Positions 60,665 through 64,000 of a stretch of DNA of 64,000 nucleotides are shown in pieces. Origin of the DNA: an uncultured virus (IMG/VR IMGVR_UViG_3300036761_004198) (taxonomy: Duplodnaviria; Heunggongvirae; Uroviricota; Caudoviricetes); the IMG/VR virus record IMGVR_UViG_3300036761_004198, one strand, 5' to 3'. The position numbers were made by a program, and so were the translations under genes. The notes beneath the pieces were generated by a model. That model was not told the origin of the DNA and did not search any database. It worked only from the letters and a program-made list of their open reading frames with translations. Each line of letters begins with the position of its first letter. The stretch's first letter is position 1.

Positions 60665-60948
60665 CCCGGCCCCCGCGGTAAGATCGACCGATGGCGGCGC
60701 TGCGGTCCAAGACAGGTCTTTTGAACTACCGTGACGGTAGCGTGGAACCCGCGCGCTTCTACTACGGCGCCGACGAGACCGAGCCGCAGAACCACACCCG
60801 GGTCGATCCCGAGAACCACGCGACCTGGGTCGAGGACGACGGCGCCGTCGGGATCCGCCGCGGCACGTCCGTCTCGGTCGGTGCGTCCCCCGTGTACTCC
60901 AAAAACTACGACACCGTCGACTGGGGAAACTAGGATACAGGAGAAGCC

Positions 60949-61878
60949 ATGGCGTTCATGAGACCCGAGATCACCGAGAAGCAGGAGTGGGCGGAAGTCG
61001 AGACGACGGCCGGTATTTGGTGGGTACCGTTCGACGTACTGTCCAAAAGCGAGGCCGAGAGCGCGCGGCGCGGCGACTTCGCGCCGCTCCTCAAGTACAC
61101 CGAGGGTAACGCTGTGTACCTCGACCAGTCGAGCATCAAGAAGGGTTACGGTGTTCGCCTCTCGGCACCCGGCTACATGGACGCGACCGAGTGGGAGGTC
61201 TACGGCAACCTGAAGGAAGCGCAGCGTCGCGCGAAAGAGCTGATCGAGGAGGAAGACGAGGAGGGGACGCCGGCTCCGGGCCACGCGACGATCGCGCACG
61301 CGACGAAGAAGAAGTCCAAGGCGCAGCTCAATCGCGAGATCGCCGAGGCGCTCGCGGGCAAGGGCACTTCGCGAGGAAGGCAGCACAGCTCGATTTCCGA
61401 TAGCGACAAGATTCGCAACGCCATCGCGCGCTTTCCGTCTACGTTTGGGCTTCGGGGCTTCCCGGGGGACGTGTTCCGCATCTCGCCGACGTCGAGTTAC
61501 GTCAGCGGCGAGCGCGTCATGCTCTACACAGAGCGCAAGGACAATGGTGCTTGGCTAGACTTCTCCAAGGGCACCGAATCCGAGCTTCGGAGCGAAGTCA
61601 CGTCGCTTGCATCCACAGGCAGTAGGTCGCACTCGACAAAATCGAAGAAGCGCCCTTCGCAGGGCAGTGTCGTGGGCAGGCACGGTCTCGGTACAGCGGA
61701 TGTACGGACGGGCGAGGGCGCCTACTGGATCGTCACGGGGCCGACCGGATATCGCGTCGACTACAAGCCATGGGGACCTAGCAGCGAGGTCGATCTCGGC
61801 ACGTTCTCCTCGCGGAGGCAGGCCCGCGCGAAGATCACCGTGCATGCTGGCAGCATCGGCGCGACGATCGTTTCTTAG
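60949..61878 (+). CDS. three-module QLDxEIA-tag protein
   Basis: HATIAHATKKKSKAQLNREIAEAL (61282-61353); second linker SHSTKSKK. Confidence 0.8.
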   Translation: MAFMRPEITEKQEWAEVETTAGIWWVPFDVLSKSEAESARRGDFAPLLKYTEGNAVYLDQSSIKKGYGVRLSAPGYMDATEWEVYGNLKEAQRRAKELIEEEDEEGTPAPGHATIAHATKKKSKAQLNREIAEALAGKGTSRGRQHSSISDSDKIRNAIARFPSTFGLRGFPGDVFRISPTSSYVSGERVMLYTERKDNGAWLDFSKGTESELRSEVTSLASTGSRSHSTKSKKRPSQGSVVGRHGLGTADVRTGEGAYWIVTGPTGYRVDYKPWGPSSEVDLGTFSSRRQARAKITVHAGSIGATIVS

Positions 61879-62189
61879 CCCGACGTCCCCACCCGCCGCG
61901 GCGTGATACTTCCGCCACATGCCAACGAAAAACGCTATGCCGCCCCAGAACCAGCAGCCCAAAGGTCCCAAGGCCATCCCGAGCCAGCTCCAACTGCCCG
62001 GCGGGATCGTGCTCAAGGGCATGCCGTTCAAGATCGTCGCGTACAACCCCGACGGCACGCCCAAGCTCTTCGAGCTACAGCCCCCCGGCCCCCACGACCT
62101 CAGCGCGGACGGTGCGTGCGTCCTCTTCGCGCGCGAGGAGCTGCTCCGCAACCCGTGGCCGCGGAAGGCCCACGAGTAAAGGTACAGCG

Positions 62190-62666
62190 ATGACCAACAT
62201 CGAAGCCGACAACCTGATCGCGACGCTCCCCAAGCCGGGTGGGCTCAAGCTCTTCCGCGAGGACGATCGGATCGTGATGGACGGTGGCAAGTGGGGAACA
62301 CACGCGCTCAGCGCCAAGGTCTCGAGCGCAGAGCGGCTGCTCGTGCACTGGAGGGGCTACGTCGAGAACCAGGGCCTCGCACTCGGCCCCGGTTACTCCA
62401 CCGAAAGGCCGTCCCCCGCGCTCATCCCGCACCTCAAGAGCACCGAGCGCGACTACCAGCCCGGCGACAAGATCGCTTTCAGCGCGCCCAGCTACTCGGG
62501 AAAGAGCGCGCATGGCTACCGGCCGGGCGTCGTCGTGCGCGCGACGCCCAAGCGCGTGCTCGTCGAGTATTCGTTCAAGTACGACCTCGAAGACGCTCGC
62601 AAAACCAAGCAGCCACCGCGTCGGCACCAGATCTGGAAGAAGCGCTCCGAGGTGCAGAGGCGATGA
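62190..62666 (+). CDS. hypothetical protein; N-domain paralogous to the 63435 ORF
   Basis: GTHAL...SS.ER.L.HWRG.V.N.G. Confidence 0.65.
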   Translation: MTNIEADNLIATLPKPGGLKLFREDDRIVMDGGKWGTHALSAKVSSAERLLVHWRGYVENQGLALGPGYSTERPSPALIPHLKSTERDYQPGDKIAFSAPSYSGKSAHGYRPGVVVRATPKRVLVEYSFKYDLEDARKTKQPPRRHQIWKKRSEVQRR

Positions 62667-62796
62667 CGAAAAAACTCGGCGCGGGCGTGGGCGAGCTGTG
62701 CTCAACGCCGAAGTCGGGACACATGCACCACGATGTGCATGGGGTCCGTCGTAACGTGCGCAGGCGTTAGTCCCCAGGAGATCGAGGAGCAGACCC

Positions 62797-63438
62797 ATGC
62801 GCGACATCGAAGACATTACGGGGCTGAGCGCTGACGCCCGTCGGCTGTTTGACTGGATGACCGCGGCATTCACCGGCGACGTCAACGAGGCGCTCGCGGA
62901 TGCGCAAGCAAGCGGGACGTCGATCTCGAAGTGGCCGCACGAGCGACTGCGCAAGGCGCACGCGGAGCTGAAGGAGCGCGGAGTGCTCACGGCTGACGCG
63001 CCGGCACTTGAGCCCACTGCCCCAACGCGGGGTCATGCGACGAAGAAGTCCGCGCGCCAGCTCGACGCAGAGATCTCCCAGGCTCTCGCGAAGACGACGT
63101 CGCCGATCTCGCCGGTTGCGACACCTGCGAAGCACAAGCGGCTGACCAAGGCGCAGATCAAAAAGCTGCGCGTTGAGCTACGCAAGGCGATCAAGGTCGA
63201 GCAGGAGGAAGCCGAGTACCGCCACCGCTACATGAATGAAGATGACTACCAACGCGCCGGCGATAATGCGATCAAGGCCGCTGGGATTTATGGAAAGGCG
63301 GCGGGACAAGCAGGTGACGACGGCGTGGAGATCTGGGAGGTCGTTCCCGGAGAGGGAACGGTCGACGATCAGATCGCGGAGTGGCACGAGCCAAAACAAT
63401 CGCCAAGGTTTACTGAGCTAATCGGGCGCATACGATGA
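62797..63438 (+). CDS. QLDxEIA-tag protein (internal tag)
   Basis: GHATKKSARQLDAEISQAL (H at 63034 to 63087). Confidence 0.78.
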   Translation: MRDIEDITGLSADARRLFDWMTAAFTGDVNEALADAQASGTSISKWPHERLRKAHAELKERGVLTADAPALEPTAPTRGHATKKSARQLDAEISQALAKTTSPISPVATPAKHKRLTKAQIKKLRVELRKAIKVEQEEAEYRHRYMNEDDYQRAGDNAIKAAGIYGKAAGQAGDDGVEIWEVVPGEGTVDDQIAEWHEPKQSPRFTELIGRIR

Positions 63439-64000
63439 AGCATGACGAGGCTCAGAAGCTCGCGCAAACGCTATCCGCCTGGGGAGAGAAGGGAATCCTC
63501 ATTGCTCGGATCTCTGCTGACGGTGATCAGATCGTCTTCGGTGGAACAGGCGCGAAGACCGGCACGCATGGCCTGGACATCAACTCCAGCTCGCGCGAGC
63601 GCGTGCTCGCGCACTGGCGCGGCTTCGTCACGAACAACGGCGGCACCATCCCCGTGGAACCCACGCCGGTGTCGCCACCGGTCAAGACGCCGCCGGCTCA
63701 GCTCGACCGCGAGATCGCCGCAGCGCTGCGGCAGCCCACGCGCACGGCACTACGCCAGCCCACGCCGTTTGATGCTGATCTCTCACGGGATCGACAACCG
63801 ATCCGTCACCACGTCCGCCGCTTGGTCGTCGTGACCTACTGGGGAGATCCGCAGCACAAGGCCGGCGGCCGACAGCAGCTCGGCGAGTTCACGACGAGTG
63901 ACCGCTATGCGCGTGCCTGGCTCGCCAATAGCCAGCGTTTCGCCAAGTACGAAATCGACACGCACCAAAAGGGGACCGCCTACTCCGGTGGACCCGTTGC
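63435..64000 (+). CDS. QLDxEIA-tag protein (internal tag), runs off the window end; absent from the ORF track
   Basis: ATGA overlap; MKHDEAQKLAQ...KTPPAQLDREIAAAL (63684-63728). Confidence 0.75.
   Translation, partial: MKHDEAQKLAQTLSAWGEKGILIARISADGDQIVFGGTGAKTGTHGLDINSSSRERVLAHWRGFVTNNGGTIPVEPTPVSPPVKTPPAQLDREIAAALRQPTRTALRQPTPFDADLSRDRQPIRHHVRRLVVVTYWGDPQHKAGGRQQLGEFTTSDRYARAWLANSQRFAKYEIDTHQKGTAYSGGPV

Noticed and set aside
51510..63728. Tag repeats as a CRISPR array or REP-like DNA repeat
   Set aside because: Spacing is irregular (hundreds to thousands of bp), copies are always in coding frame with synonymous variation, and no cas genes are present.
1..64000. tRNA, rRNA, capsid, terminase or tail genes
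   Set aside because: None recognised by eye. tRNAscan-SE and phage HMM searches would be needed to exclude them; the phage identity is therefore an inference from gene organisation.

Overview
GC-rich segment of what looks like a large phage or phage-like element (inference). It has more than 150 short, tightly overlapping ORFs, mostly hypothetical, and no structural genes, rRNA, tRNA or CRISPR that I can see. A myxobacterial host is suggested by the Fis-type HTH proteins and sigma54-like promoters, but is not proven. Genes run mainly leftward over 1-17012 and rightward over 17210-41838 and 50562-64000. Recognisable products: tyrosine recombinase, HNH and NUMOD3/EndoVII nucleases, PKHD-type 2OG-Fe(II) dioxygenase, two HAD phosphatases, three ParB-like proteins, ABC/AAA ATPase, metallophosphoesterase, radical SAM protein, ADP-ribosylglycohydrolase, a putative ADP-ribosyltransferase and a truncated RadA-like ATPase. 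Main observations: (1) a portable ~15-18 aa tag, KK(S/T)xxQLDxEIAEAL, fused at the N-terminus, C-terminus or internally to 15 unrelated proteins, often beside an HATKK-like linker. (2) Seven sigma54-like promoters with GGGT-N8-ACCC boxes upstream. (3) A 7.4-kb cargo transposon (43070-50443; 15-bp TIRs, 9-bp TSD, SWIM-DDE transposase) inserted between one box pair, with two related ends beside other boxes. (4) A recurrent 38-bp palindrome associated with these elements. (5) A ~92-bp direct repeat that lies inside the integrase gene.
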